Origin: Epithemia pelagica
Taxonomy: Eukaryota; Protista; Bacillariophyta
NCBI GenBank assembly: GCA_946965045.2
Contig: OX337228.1
Span: forward strand, 5,766,001-5,830,000
Direction: 5' to 3'
Length of the DNA: 64,000 nucleotides
Position 1 is the first letter of the stretch. Every line of letters begins with the position of its first letter. Positions 12,201 through 23,496 of this stretch are shown one piece after another. Under the pieces are notes generated by a model. The model had not been told where the DNA came from, searched no databases, and worked only from the letters and a program-made list of their open reading frames with translations. The position numbers and the translations under genes are program-made.

Positions 12201-12847
12201 GCCAAAAGCACAAACCATCCGATGATGATGCCAGTTCTGGAAGAGCAGCAAGACTCGAAATCAGAAGCGACCTTCACGGTGAGACTGTGGTCCAAGGTGC
12301 CTTGACTGTGGAACTAGAGAGTTTTGACGAAGTTGTTCGAACATGGATCGAGAGTATTGATAATCGTCGCAAGCGCCTTGAAGAGCAAGAACTCGATGTG
12401 GACCAATACGAAGCTTCGAGTCATGTAATTACGACCCTCAAGGTTACGTCAGCCAATATTGCGACAGGTCATGGCGTTGTCGGAAAGCTGCAGTTTGTTG
12501 ACATGGCTGCTGCCGAGCTTACCAAGCAACCAAGTGAACAGGGAAAGGAATCTGAAGCAATACCAGTTTTGGGAGACGGTTTGCGTTTTGCTAATCGTTC
12601 TTTGGAAACTCTGGGCGAAGTTGCAGTTGCCCGGTCTCAGTTTGTCCGTTCTGTCCCATATCGAAACTCGACTCTTACTCACTTACTACGAGACAGCCTT
12701 GATGGCGATACAAAAGTTTTATTCCTCGCCTGTGTATCATCAGACTCATGTGATGCGCAAGAAGCAGCTGCCACACTCCGGTTGGCCTCTCGCATGAGAC
12801 AGGTCTCGATCGGCAAGGCAACTAAGCATTCATTAAGCGCTCCATGA
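9281..12847 (+). CDS. Kinesin-14-like protein (PH-like N-terminal domain, coiled coil, divergent C-terminal motor)
   Basis: First ATG 9281. C-terminal motor motifs RVYCRPRP, FEFDRIF, GPKGCGKT, KLQFVDMAAAE, VPYRNSTLTHLLRDSLDGDTK; long coiled coil upstream. Confidence 0.88.
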   Translation: MKGPVLAPSQQEMMMENRVSLNSPRTSSATSENLNNNSRNAGTRKGRRSTGVIDPWSDSSPSSPPPTGNSSPLTGSPTNVLPPTVPTDIVPSPRTLQTKHNDSSAPAGSVRSRTSSKGTLDSNLGDVAMPPNSPSPGRRHRFKEMPVNAQKERAKDTSSLLPLAVASSSSNGIQRRVRDPIEQEQALFEQRLCEDAYGVAVRKINQYGKANLRYVKCVHIDELNDACSSKRSLSSRSAGASTKGRRKASVPDVRKDPQSEKARHALVWGKKKDVQITLDHFTAVRIGKNTERARRNPSPPSRILSLLTNDPKHPALDIEAPTRMDRDKFARAFSRFLDVPLEGDDTNSVHSAEYTPLTSKTTPEPSASSSAPGDLATDPPRLPNGLPLEQARKDTEVPATPNETTKTNKDIGGFWQGAVAAANANRDSSYQSASNQTGSIDGFNLKAVVELPSEKESAEEDKDNDTAVSSLTGHGYDQELVEELHNALNELRVELEDSRAEAARAVKVAEQAIQSAEKTSSQEWHNTVTHKAAEAAAQAQKRSAEAMAKQRVAEERLENERRTAAFWKKQAEAAEEEAGLLQTRAAAAEVQKSAVVEQLEGERSMSKTQIGNMRDHISRLESSKLHSMEEMIEKNRELELEVEALRRDRSTKERNEDLENAGDNPRAGSRRKKPTNVRKKKNEKVLESVQSKGIVSEAKDAPFVERTMKDSSNTASDGFSSDQISKLKEETVLVRQQFDTLRKTTTAELSILPEISKQLTDQVAGTLEASQAEIDRLRARLAMESASRRKLLTEVQDLRGIVRVYCRPRPPSKEEEESSFTMPSQETLVLRLDSTDKRKRQPMSFEFDRIFDPTLPQQDVYGEVQEVCLGVLDGFNITVMAFGPKGCGKTRTILGDISSANGIVSIENHGIQLQALKQLFTIAEHRSERFKDTFSLSIVEVHDDRLSDMLVGTTSGDAKGQLIVADSSSSRRKSQKHKPSDDDASSGRAARLEIRSDLHGETVVQGALTVELESFDEVVRTWIESIDNRRKRLEEQELDVDQYEASSHVITTLKVTSANIATGHGVVGKLQFVDMAAAELTKQPSEQGKESEAIPVLGDGLRFANRSLETLGEVAVARSQFVRSVPYRNSTLTHLLRDSLDGDTKVLFLACVSSDSCDAQEAAATLRLASRMRQVSIGKATKHSLSAP

Positions 12848-13473
12848 GGTTGATGTCTGTATACTTATTCCCTACGCACGTGCAGTTAATGATAGTTTCA
12901 TTAGATCATAGCACAACGAGTGGATGCATCGTTCTTCACTTGCTAGAGGTTCGTGGCCCCCTAGGTAGAATGCGTATATGGGGACGCAGGATAGGCAAGT
13001 TAGTTTTCTTTTGGTATCTTCGGGGGGTGGGGGTTGTAGAAGCGTTATGGGCTAATGTCGTCGGGCATCTGCGATCAGCGATTCGTATAATTACTATGAC
13101 AGTTGCTTTCTCTTCCAGGAGTACTGTTCAACAATAGTCTGGATGTCCCTGGTTCTGTCGCAGGACGATGTCTTTTTGTTTTTGTGTCTGCAGCTGCGCT
13201 GTTGAAGTTTCGTTGAAGCGCAGTTGCGGAAAACTACAGCAGGTACCATAAAGTATAGAGGGTAAGACATGTCGTACGACACTTCGTAAGATATCGGACA
13301 GGGGCCAAGATGAATTATTGTCGACAAGTTTCCGGAGACAAGGTGCGTGTGGTGTGGCATAAAGCATCCTTTGCTTTTTTGTGAATAAGGACGAGTCTGT
13401 TGCTTTGACTTTCCTTCTTTGTTGCTTCCATCTTTCAGTCTTCGAGAGTTTCAGGTCCATTCCAAATCTCAAA

Positions 13474-14469
13474 ATGACATCCAAGGTCGAGATCCCTGTG
13501 AACGAAACACCGAATCTGTCGCTGACGCAAGGCCCTCCTCTGGATATCATCCCAGGGAAGCAGATACCACAGCGAATGTCGTCTGGACTTTCGGCTCCTG
13601 TTACTCCGGTTGATGATAAAGTTACCGTAGAAGAGAAAACAGGGCGCTGGTCAGATGCTGAGCATAATATATTTTTAGAGGGACTTGAGAAACATGGAAA
13701 GCAATGGAAAACAATCTCGACGATGATTGGTACGCGGACAGTGGTACAAGTTCGAACTCACGCCCAGAAGTTTTTCCAGAAGATGGATCGCAACAAAAAC
13801 AAGTCGAAAGCTCCATCAGTGCCTGTTCTTTCTCAAGCACACAACAGGGCAAGCAAAAGGAAGTCACTCCCTTCGTCCCTTCCCTCCCGGAAGAAGACAT
13901 GCAAGTCTCCAGTCTCCCCGAAACAAACAGTTCCGCGCACTTCATCTCTTTCTCTTGTGAACACATCGTGTTCATCTGACATGTAAGTTGTATCAAGCAT
14001 CGCGAAAAAGTCAGTGTTGTGTGAAATCCATATCTGATACGATCTACGTGATGGTCTTTTGTTTCACGAAAGCAGACCAACTTTTGTCAGTACCAGTTCC
14101 TTGTCATCAGGAAACTGGAGCACTGAGTCTCCTGTTGGGGTGAACGAATTCGACCTTGTAGACTCTTTGTGCGATAACAAGGATCCTCTGATTGAGGTGG
14201 AGGAGTCTCTTGTGGAGCCACATGCTGATACCGCACCCCAAGACGACCCACTTGACTGGTTGATTGATGGAGGAATTGGCCACTTACCTGAAAGTAGTCT
14301 GGACCAGGCCCCGATATTCCCGGATTCTTTGGAAATAACATCTGGAGATTATGGTTTGGATGAAAATAACGACCAAAACGTACAGTATCCCGTTTTACAA
14401 GATATCGCGGACCCCAAGGTTACCGTTCAATCTCTCTTTCTCGAAGATGGTGACAATCACCTCCCTTGA
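13474..14469 (+). CDS. Single-repeat MYB transcription factor (SHAQKYF class), 2 exons
   Basis: GRWSDAEHNIFLEGLEKHGKQWKTISTMIGTRTVVQVRTHAQKFF. Intron 13983-14072 (or 14075; in-frame tandem AAG/CAG acceptor) joins the acidic second exon. Confidence 0.9.
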
Positions 14470-14765
14470 AATGGAATTCTGAAGGGCGGAGCCTCCATCC
14501 ATCTGATTTTTTATGAATTATTACATATGTAGAATCAACGAGCTCGGAATCGGGTTCTTGGGGTTTGTTGTTGGTCTTTTGTCTCAATAGCAAAACTTTG
14601 ATAGGAGAATATATCTGCTAGGAGTATTTGTCTATTGTATACTCTAGCATTCGATGTACCCCTAGCCCTAGTAGACATTACTCCTCCTGGATTTTTGATA
14701 TGATAGATCGACGACGTACTAGGTAGGAGTGCGAATCTAGCAGCTCATTATCAAAAGCCCTATTA

Positions 14766-16313
14766 TCAGTGAGTCGCTATGCTTTCCAGCATTTCAAAAT
14801 ATGTCGGAAACGTTTTAGCGGTGCAGCCTGGATCATTGATAATGACGTTTACACCACCACACGCTGCTAGACTGAATGTCATTGCCATTCGATGGTCGTC
14901 ATACGTCTCGATCAAAATGTTGTCATTGATCTTATTGTCCTTTGGAGGGTAGATTGTACAATAGTCCTCGAATTCTTCCACCGTGGCTCCCAATTTGGTA
15001 CATTCTGCGACAATAGCCTTCATGCGTTCAGTTTCCTTCAAACGCCACGAGTACACATTCCGAATGGTGGTCGGACCATCGGCAAACAAGGCAGCAACGG
15101 CAAGTGTCATGGCCGCATCGGGAATCTTTCCACAGTCCACGTCAACGCCTTTGAGTTTTGTGGAGGGATCACGTGTGACTGTAATACTCTCAGGTTCCCA
15201 TGTAACGGTGGCCCCCATTTGTTCCATTACATCCGCAAAGGCCACGTCGCCTTGAACACTTTCCGACCCACAGCCACGAACCGTCACGGTTCCACCCGTG
15301 ATCGCAGCACCTGCAATGAAGTAACTTGCGGAGCTCGCATCTCCTTCAACTAGGATGGATCCTGGACTCGCGTACTTTTCCGATTCTGAGATCTGGAAGG
15401 AAGGAGTCTTATCCATATCGCCTTCTACGACCACGTTGACACCGAACTTCTTCATCAAGCCAATGGTTAAAGCAACATATGGGGCTGATATCAGTTCATC
15501 TTTGATTGAGATTGTGACATCACCTTCAAGTAGGGGAGCAGTCATGAGAAGCGATGAAAGAAACTGCGAGGACATTTTGCCACTAATAGAGGCACTCCCC
15601 CCTTCCAATTGCGAGGCAGTGATAGTCACGGGTGGACAGCCTGTTTCGGCCACACATTCCACCTGGGCACCGAGTTGTTGGAGTCCATCGACTAAGTCGG
15701 CAATGGGACGTTCCCTCATTCGGGGTACTCCATCGAGTACATAGCTTCCTTTCCCAACGCACATGGCGGCGGTCAAGGGCCTCATGGCGGTACCCGCGTT
15801 GCCGAGAAACAGCTCACACACTTCATCAGGGGTCGGAGAACGAATGGGACCAGCTTGGCCTGTTACAGTAACCGAATCTTTGGAATGACGTTCCAGTGGA
15901 ACTTTGAGTTTGTCCAGTGCCTCGAGCATGTAGGAAATATCGTCGGATTCTAACAAGTTATCGACTCGAGTCGTGCCGTCACTCAACGCGGCAAGAAGCA
16001 AACATCGATTGCTTAAAGATTTCGACCCAGGAAGTGTCACTGTGCCATCCAAGCTCTTGATGGGAGCCACAGTCAGAGTCTCAGTTGTTTCTTGTTCATT
16101 CGACACGGAGGCCAATGGAGAACCACAACCCAGCCAGTATTTCTGGTGGTGAATGTTGCCGTGAAGGGATCTTGGCTTGGTCGATATCGTCTCGACAAAA
16201 GCTGCTGCCGAGCCAATAGTTGGATGAACAAACGCATTAACGCATCTTGAAACCACACACAATAAATGAATCAAGGCGATCACACATCGTCCCGTTATCC
16301 TGTAACCAGTCAT
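14766..16313 (-). CDS. aroA: Plastid-targeted monofunctional EPSP synthase (class I)
   Basis: [58 protein letters not shown]; signal peptide ending VNA/FVH followed by a transit-like region. Confidence 0.97.
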   Translation of the reverse strand: MTGYRITGRCVIALIHLLCVVSRCVNAFVHPTIGSAAAFVETISTKPRSLHGNIHHQKYWLGCGSPLASVSNEQETTETLTVAPIKSLDGTVTLPGSKSLSNRCLLLAALSDGTTRVDNLLESDDISYMLEALDKLKVPLERHSKDSVTVTGQAGPIRSPTPDEVCELFLGNAGTAMRPLTAAMCVGKGSYVLDGVPRMRERPIADLVDGLQQLGAQVECVAETGCPPVTITASQLEGGSASISGKMSSQFLSSLLMTAPLLEGDVTISIKDELISAPYVALTIGLMKKFGVNVVVEGDMDKTPSFQISESEKYASPGSILVEGDASSASYFIAGAAITGGTVTVRGCGSESVQGDVAFADVMEQMGATVTWEPESITVTRDPSTKLKGVDVDCGKIPDAAMTLAVAALFADGPTTIRNVYSWRLKETERMKAIVAECTKLGATVEEFEDYCTIYPPKDNKINDNILIETYDDHRMAMTFSLAACGGVNVIINDPGCTAKTFPTYFEMLESIATH

Positions 16314-16544
16314 GGTCTTGATTGTTAGTTTATGAGCGCAAGAAGGACTTTTTTGTCACTGGAAACGACGGATCTTTTGTAACTAAACCAAGAACGGTGG
16401 AGTCTCGTTCATCGGAAGAATGAGAGGTCATTGCGCGGCGTACGTACATTTTTGGTCACTCTTGGATCGCGCATGAATTTCGTGCCATCCAGAACCTATT
16501 CTCGCTCGCCTCATCTTTTCCTCGTGATTTAATCTTCTTGAACA

Positions 16545-18437
16545 ATGACGACACTGGGAAACAACGCTATAAAGGACCATGCCAACACCAACACCGCAGT
16601 CTCTTCTCCAATGTGGCATCTTCGCCAGATGGATGAGATTTTGGATCGGTTTTCGGATACTGCATCCTGCACTAGACAAGGTGCCAACGATCTCTGGCAA
16701 CGACACCACCACAAAGAAAAGAACAAAACGGGTGAAGTAACACTGAAAGAAATCAGTGAGAGATATGCTCCCGTGACTTTGGGCAGACAGTTTGAACAGG
16801 TCTATTCCATGCTGCATCCAGGATTAGTGGCAAGAAAAAGCCAACAAAACGTGTCTGTTTTCCTAGAAGGACGTATGTAACCTCGGCATGCTATCAAAAT
16901 CGGACCGTAACATCAAACCGTAGAGGCACTCACATACTTATTTCTTTATTCTTCTGCCTTGCGTCAAGCTCGTGGCAGTGGTAAATCTCTCTTGCTTGAT
17001 CAGTGTTTGGAGGCTTTTGGCGACGAACTGCAGTGTCTAGACAAACCAAAATTTCGAGTTGTTCGTCTCAATGGTATCTTGGTTCCTGGAAATCACGTTA
17101 ATCTCGTCATTCAAGAAATTCTTCGTCAGCTGTCGACAACAGCACATCAAGATGCCATCACCAACGTGGAAACACAACACTTCGAAAACGACGATGGGTC
17201 CAACCCGGATGATGAGGAACAAATGCCACCCTCAAAGAAATTGAGGAAAACATCTGACATGGCATCTGAGTTGTTTCGTCTTCGACAAACATCTTTCACA
17301 AACCATGTTCAGCTGCTTAGTGAGATTCTACAATTTGCAGCTATTGACGGTATTCCTGTCCTCTTTATATTGGATGAATTGGATTCGTTTGTCGGGTCGG
17401 GCGGACCCGAGCTTTCCGGCCACCAAAAACCCACTGAAGCTGGAACCAGAGATCGACAGCTGCTTCTGTATCACCTCCTCGATCGCGTAGCAACGGGTAA
17501 CTCTTTTATTTCATTGGTTGGGATAACATGTAACTACGGGACCATGAATCTCTTGGAGAAACGAATCAAAAGTCGGGCGGAGGGCACAAAGTTTGTTCAT
17601 TTGGGTCCATGCCAAACAATGAAAGACTTATCTGCTATCATACTGGACAGAATAAATCCCAATGCAACGACAGAACCGACCCTTTCACTTGTCCACTCGA
17701 GAATTTCTCAACTATTTGTGCCACCGCCCAGTGAAGGCGCCGATCCTCTTCAGCAACGTGTATTTGATGGTTTGCATCGCAGTCTTCGCCTGGGCTTTGA
17801 TATTCGATGGTTTTGTTGTATCTTTCACATATCCCTGTCTGCTTATCGCCACGACTGTTGCATGTGTCAATGGAAGGACACGGATGCAGTGACACCATTG
17901 GACTTTTCGTTTCAATACGTGTGGAACGCTTTGGTGGCCATGGGTGGTGCATCGACGTCCATGCTCGCGTATGAGAGCAACAACTCTGCGCTCTCAAAAA
18001 GCACGTTGCCTGATCCAAGGATTCAAGCCTTGCGTGATCTTACTGGACCACAAATGACATTGGTCATTGCGGCTTGGAGGATACTTCGGCGAGACACCAA
18101 AAAGGAAATTGGAACAGTCGCACTTACCTTCGACAAGATGTTGACAGAGTACCAGTCATTCCGTGGAAGTACAAAGAATAACACCGCCATAACGTGGAAA
18201 GCATTCTACTCTCTTATGGATCGTGGCCTGATTCGACCGGCCATGGACCACTCAGGTCGAAGTTCGTTGCAGTACGAACTGGAAGATTCATCTTATCGAG
18301 CGATGCCACCTGCTGTGCTCGGCAGGATACCATTGCACCTGAATACTGATATCCATCGAGAACTTTCCGTTGCAATGAACAAGAACCTCTTGAACTGTTC
18401 TACAGCGTTGAGAGAATGGGCAAAGAAATCTACTTGA
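16545..18437 (+). CDS. ORC4: Origin recognition complex subunit 4, 2 exons
   Basis: Intron 16873-16968 assembles Walker A LEGPRGSGKS; Walker B VLFILDELDSF; RQLLLYHLLD and LLEKRIKSR match ORC4 motifs. Confidence 0.9.
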
Positions 18438-18531
18438 GAAACTCTGGGGAAGGACTCGTAGAATGTGGACAATCCGCCGGCCAGTAACAGATCGACTATA
18501 TAAATGGTATGGCGTCTACGCCTTAAAACTG

Positions 18532-20316
18532 TCATGTGTTGGTTTGGGCTTTGTCATCCTTATCCAGTGTTTCACCCTGAACTGTCGTATTCTTTCCCCT
18601 TTGACCAATGGATGGAACAACGTAATTCAAGCTTTTTGGACCCATCACGGTTGTGTCGCCTTCTACGGGTGCTTTCCCCACCTCATGAGGATGATCCGGA
18701 CCTCTGAGATCAACGCGACGAATACGATCAGGAAGTTCCTCCATTTGATCCGTTCCATAATATCCTTTCGGATCATTGCTCTCTTGATAATTCTCCGTCT
18801 TGATGTCATTTAATCCCAGAGATTCATTTTGTTCCTCAGTCCGTTGATACTCCTCAATTTCCATTCCTGTATCAACATACTTGTCGTAACAACTGTTGTT
18901 CCCCTCTTCTTCTGCTTGACGTGCCAGGGAAGCGGCATCGGTTCCGGGTGGACCCACGAATGAATTTGCCAGAGGATCTGAGATAACCAATGTGAAAGGA
19001 AACACCTTTCCACTGGCCATGTCTTTTAGTTTCGCCAGAAAACTCTGATACCGTTGGTAGCTAGGAGACGGTGAAGAGAATTCCCCACCATCATTCGATA
19101 TATGTTGCTTCACTGCCGAGTCACCACTTTCAAACGGATTTGCCATGAGCAGTCTCTCATGCATCTTTTCCAAAAGACCTTCAATCGTAGTGTAAAGTCC
19201 ATCGAGACCGCCTTCACTCAGTTCCAGCTCCAGTTCCGGAATGGCCACCCCTGCCGTGTCGCTTTTGAGAACTTCACGGGAGAGATCGTCTTGTGTTTTC
19301 AAGTCCACCGTGATTTTGCATCCATACTTGGGAATTGCTCCACCACCCTTGATTTCATTTGATTTAAAGCCACAAGAGTCACATACCATGGACATGATGA
19401 TAACTTCCTTAAAATGTGGAACATCGGTGACACACATTTTTGTGTCGGTCGGCGCATGACAGTTGGGACAGGTTGAAGGGAAGACCATGACTTCTTGCCG
19501 GCCAACGTGTTGACTGTTCCCCATCCCTGATGAAGTCAGTGGATCCATTCTGTGCTGGTCTTTGGACACATTTACTGGATTTTTGTGTTGAGGATTGGAG
19601 TCATCAATTTTGCTATCTTGAATGGCCTGTTCCGAAGGTTGTAGACCAAGTGCCATGTCCTGATTCGGTGTTCTGATATATCTTTCAACCTTGAGATTTG
19701 GATCATTCAATGGAGCCAATGGATTTTCAATAAACGAGTTGCCTGCTGGATCGTCCAAAATGAGTTGAAAGGGCTCAAATGGCTGAGTGTCCTCGTCTGT
19801 AGTTTCCTCCTCCGCGCTCTGGTTTCCTGACATTTGTCGCAGTGATTCAATGACAGCATGACAGCGGTGAAAGTTGTCCACATCTCCGAGACGGAGGCGT
19901 TCTGGTTGTAGTTCTTCCAGGTTATCAGCTGCCTTTTGTAGGACGCCTTCAATGGTCGAAACGACGCCGCGTTGGGCCGAGGGTGGTATCTCAAATTCAA
20001 GCTTGGGAATAAACAAGGATGCCGAATCAGACTTGACCATTTGGCGATTGAGATCTTGTGGAGTGACAACAGTCAGTTCTAGTTTTTGTCCCTGGGCCTG
20101 TAGTTCGCCTCCAAAATTGACTTCGGAGCTGCGAAAGCCACAGTCGTCACAGACGAGATTCATGACGATAATCTCACGAAAGGATGGAACTTTTGTCGGA
20201 AGCATCGTAGTGACACCTCCCGAGCCTCCGCAGTTGGGACAATAACAGTCTCGAATCACAATCAAGTCATTTTCTTCCCCTTTTTTCCAGTTTTCAGCCG
20301 TTGGTAGTTGCATCAT
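18532..20316 (-). CDS. ZPR1: Zinc finger protein ZPR1
   Basis: Two ZPR1 modules: CPNC...VPSFREIIVMNLVCDDCGFRSSEV and CPNC...VPHFKEVIIMSMVCDSCGFKSNEIK, each with an A/B domain (DDPAGNSFI, SDPLANSFV). Start uncertain (in-frame ATGs at 20412, 20400, 20316). Confidence 0.93.
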   Translation of the reverse strand: MMQLPTAENWKKGEENDLIVIRDCYCPNCGGSGGVTTMLPTKVPSFREIIVMNLVCDDCGFRSSEVNFGGELQAQGQKLELTVVTPQDLNRQMVKSDSASLFIPKLEFEIPPSAQRGVVSTIEGVLQKAADNLEELQPERLRLGDVDNFHRCHAVIESLRQMSGNQSAEEETTDEDTQPFEPFQLILDDPAGNSFIENPLAPLNDPNLKVERYIRTPNQDMALGLQPSEQAIQDSKIDDSNPQHKNPVNVSKDQHRMDPLTSSGMGNSQHVGRQEVMVFPSTCPNCHAPTDTKMCVTDVPHFKEVIIMSMVCDSCGFKSNEIKGGGAIPKYGCKITVDLKTQDDLSREVLKSDTAGVAIPELELELSEGGLDGLYTTIEGLLEKMHERLLMANPFESGDSAVKQHISNDGGEFSSPSPSYQRYQSFLAKLKDMASGKVFPFTLVISDPLANSFVGPPGTDAASLARQAEEEGNNSCYDKYVDTGMEIEEYQRTEEQNESLGLNDIKTENYQESNDPKGYYGTDQMEELPDRIRRVDLRGPDHPHEVGKAPVEGDTTVMGPKSLNYVVPSIGQRGKNTTVQGETLDKDDKAQTNT

Positions 20317-20481
20317 GGTCGTGGTCCAAAGTTTTTGTGGAGGGAGTGGATGGCTCCGACGGGCTGTGCGACTGAGAAGTGGGTCGCGCAATGGAGCCAT
20401 ATAGAACGCCATCGAACTACCGTCTGTCAGCCTTCCGACAAGTGGGTCGATGGGTGAATCGTGAAAAGGATCTTTTTGGAT

Positions 20482-20508
20482 ATTTTTCTGATTTTTCTGA
20501 TTTTTCTG
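20482..20508. repeat. Tandem repeat (ATTTTTCTG)x3 in the ZPR1/Hsp70-like divergent spacer
   Basis: Three perfect 9-bp units read directly. Confidence 0.85.
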
Positions 20509-20525
20509 ATTTATCTCTTTGATGG

Positions 20526-22536
20526 ATGAGAGCAATGGTTCCCCGACGATTGATCATCTTGCTACATGTTATATTGTTCCAAAGTATTCGCACAAGCTGT
20601 TTCAGTCTTTTTACCAATCTTCCACTGTGCTCTCACTCGAGAGATGGACTGTATTCTACCAAGAACGATGACGATGTAGAGGATGTTGTGAGGGAGGGCA
20701 TTGGGATTGGCATTGACTTGGGCAGTGAGTATTGTATCGTTGATCTCATCATCCAACGAGAGAATCAAAAATCCGTCTCACCTCTCGCCAATCATGATAA
20801 TGACAGCAACCTTTTCCGCAGTCGCATATCTCAAGGATGGTAAAACTCCCACGATTATTCCCATCCCCGAAAACGGTAGAACAATGGCCTCGCTGGTCTC
20901 CCTTGACCAAGATGGCGTTGCCACGGTTGGCCGAAAAGCGGAAGAAAGTTGCAACCAAGAGCCGTATCGAAACGTGAAACGAGTGATTGGTACAGGGGGA
21001 AAGCTTTCGGCCGAAACAATCAAAGTAGTGCCCTTCTTGAGACCCAGCGCCACGGGCAAGAGTTTTAAGAATAACAATCTGGCCAATCAGATTTCCGATG
21101 CTCAAGAGCATCCCTCTTTGTTGGTTTCTCAGTCAAACTCGACCGAGTTGATTCGACCCGAAATTATTTCATCCCATATTGTACAAACACTGAAACGTGT
21201 GGCCCAAGAATATACCGGATGCAACGTGACCCGAGCCGTGATTGGTGTCCCTGCCTACTTTCACGACGAACAACGCGAGGCAACCAAACGGGCCGCCGAA
21301 CTAGCTGGGTTTGAAAAGGTCAAGTTGTTGAGAGAACCGGAAGCTGCTGCTCTTGCCTATGGGATTGGAAAGCAACAAGTCACAGCCATGGAAAACGAAA
21401 TTGACGATACAGACAATGACGATGAATTGGTGTTGGTCTTTGATCTTGGTGGTGGTACCTTTGATGTCAGCATGCTGTTGGTGGGAGGAGGTTTGACGGA
21501 AGTACTTTGTACATCCGGAAATGCGGGTCTGGGCGGATCCAACTTTGACGCACGGCTTGCCGATTATTTTCAGCGTCTGTTGAACCTGCATGGGAGTTCC
21601 ACCACCACCACATGGTCCGAAGCCAGTTTGAGTTGCATAGTACAGGCGGCCGAGTGGACTCGCATTTATCTGAGCAATAACAAAAGGGTATCCTTGGCCT
21701 TGCCCCTGGAGGAACAGGCCTGGCGTACCATGGATTCTCCGGACACTGTCATTCTGAAATCATCCAGTCATCATCCGCCGAACAGTACAGCCTCGGGTGT
21801 GAGCAATTCCACGCACGTTCTGTGTGTACTGTCTCGTCGAGATATGGAAAGTCTCTTTCTCAAGGAGTTGCAAGACTTGTTGAGGCCCGTTCGAGAAGTC
21901 GCCATTATGGCGGGCGCCTTGCTTCCGGGTGACACGAGCCCGGCCCTCGCCGAAGCGGCCCTGGATATGGAGGAAGAATTTCAAAGCACTGCCTTGTTCT
22001 TTGACGACTTTTACAATACGGAAAATCCACAACCAGACCCTGACATTACAAATGTGGACAATGACAATGAGAATCTGTTACTCCACATTCAAGAGATGGA
22101 CGCCAAAGCGGTCAAGAAGGCACAACAACGTGGCCGAAAAAAGGCACGGAACTTGTCCAAACAAGAACGAAAATTCCGACAAGAGAAACGCAAACTCACC
22201 CAAGGTTCTTCTTCTTCTTCTCCGAATACTAACACCGCTGGTGAAGGGATCAAGGTCCGAGATGGTATTGCCGGACGGCCCATTTCTCGCGTCGTGTTGG
22301 TGGGTGGAGCCACACGCATGCCTGCCGTGGGACGACTGGTGGGAGCTCTGACCGGCACGGTCCCTCAAAAGACGATCAACCCGGATGAAGCAGTCGCATT
22401 GGGTTGCGCGGTACATGTAGGAATTCTCGATGGAGCACAAGATATGGGAACAGTCCTAAATCCGATGCAAGCCGCCATCCTCAAAGCAGTGGCCATGCAA
22501 AAAGCCAAAGAGGGCAAGAGCCTACTCGACGACTAG
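20526..22536 (+). CDS. Atypical Hsp70-family protein (nucleotide-binding domain only), probable signal/plastid presequence, 2 exons
   Basis: Intron 20725-20806 assembles GIDLGTTFSAVAY; VPAYF, REPEAAALAYG, VFDLGGGTFDVS, VVLVGGATRMP, NPDEAVALG; stop about 45 aa after NPDEAV, no substrate-binding domain. Confidence 0.88.
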
Positions 22537-22618
22537 TCACTTTTTTGTGGAACCTTTTCAAACGGCTATCCGACAATGTCGGTCGTTAACAGTATGGCTA
22601 CAATGACAAGAGGTGCTC

Positions 22619-23134
22619 TCAGCTCGAATCACGAGGGAACAAAATACTGTTTGGCATCATATCTCCTACTTTTGTAGCCTCGTCATAATACACTTTCCTC
22701 TCCTCCTCCGTGTAGAATTTTGCAAATGGAGCTTGTTTTGGAGGAACGAAGCGCCCACGCTCATGTTCCATAATGTACTCCGCTTCACTGACAACTCGGT
22801 TCAACTTGTTGCCATATGCCATGTCGGCAATATTCCCCAATACCAGTCCACCGACGACAATGGGAATGCCCACCAAGCCTGGTACCGCCCGTCCCGTGGC
22901 ACGAGCGATTCCCACCCCTGTCACAAGCGTAACCCAGGCACTTCCAAAAATGCACAAGGTATCTCGTGCCCGGGCAATGTTCAACGACAATTGTACCTCT
23001 CGTTGCATCATGGCACGTCGGGCAATCTCGTCTTCGACATTTTGCTTGATGTGTTGCAGAAATTTCGTTCCCTTGTTGTTGGAATTCTCCTCTCCACTGT
23101 CTGTCTTGGAAGCCTTGCTTGTAGATCCGCCCAT
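22619..23134 (-). CDS. PLGRKT/DUF2368-like small membrane protein
   Basis: MGxxxSK start, MMQREVQLSLNIARARD, two hydrophobic segments, DMAYGNKLNRVVSEAEYIM pattern as recalled for this family. Confidence 0.7.
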   Translation of the reverse strand: MGGSTSKASKTDSGEENSNNKGTKFLQHIKQNVEDEIARRAMMQREVQLSLNIARARDTLCIFGSAWVTLVTGVGIARATGRAVPGLVGIPIVVGGLVLGNIADMAYGNKLNRVVSEAEYIMEHERGRFVPPKQAPFAKFYTEEERKVYYDEATKVGDMMPNSILFPRDSS

Positions 23135-23496
23135 GGTGCCAATGTTCTTATTCCTATCGTCTTGACTCTTGACGTCGTCAATGGTGATTGCAAATAATGT
23201 TATTGCTTACCCATTGGAAATCGCAATGCTTCAATCCAAGATTTCTCTGGAACGACGGGATTGGCGGAAGTGTAAAGATACCGACAGTCGCGCTTATCGC
23301 GTTCTTGTGGGGGAGGTCTCCGATGGAAAAGGGGTCGGCACCTCGTCAAAGAATCGAAAAGGGGTCGGAGGAGTCGGCCCCTCGTCCAAGAACACTTTTG
23401 CGTCGTCGTTCTTCATGGCCCCGAAGGCAAAAAGTTCATGGCAAGTCCAAGCACGTTGACAACCACACAACAAACAACGAGAGTAACAGGAATAGG

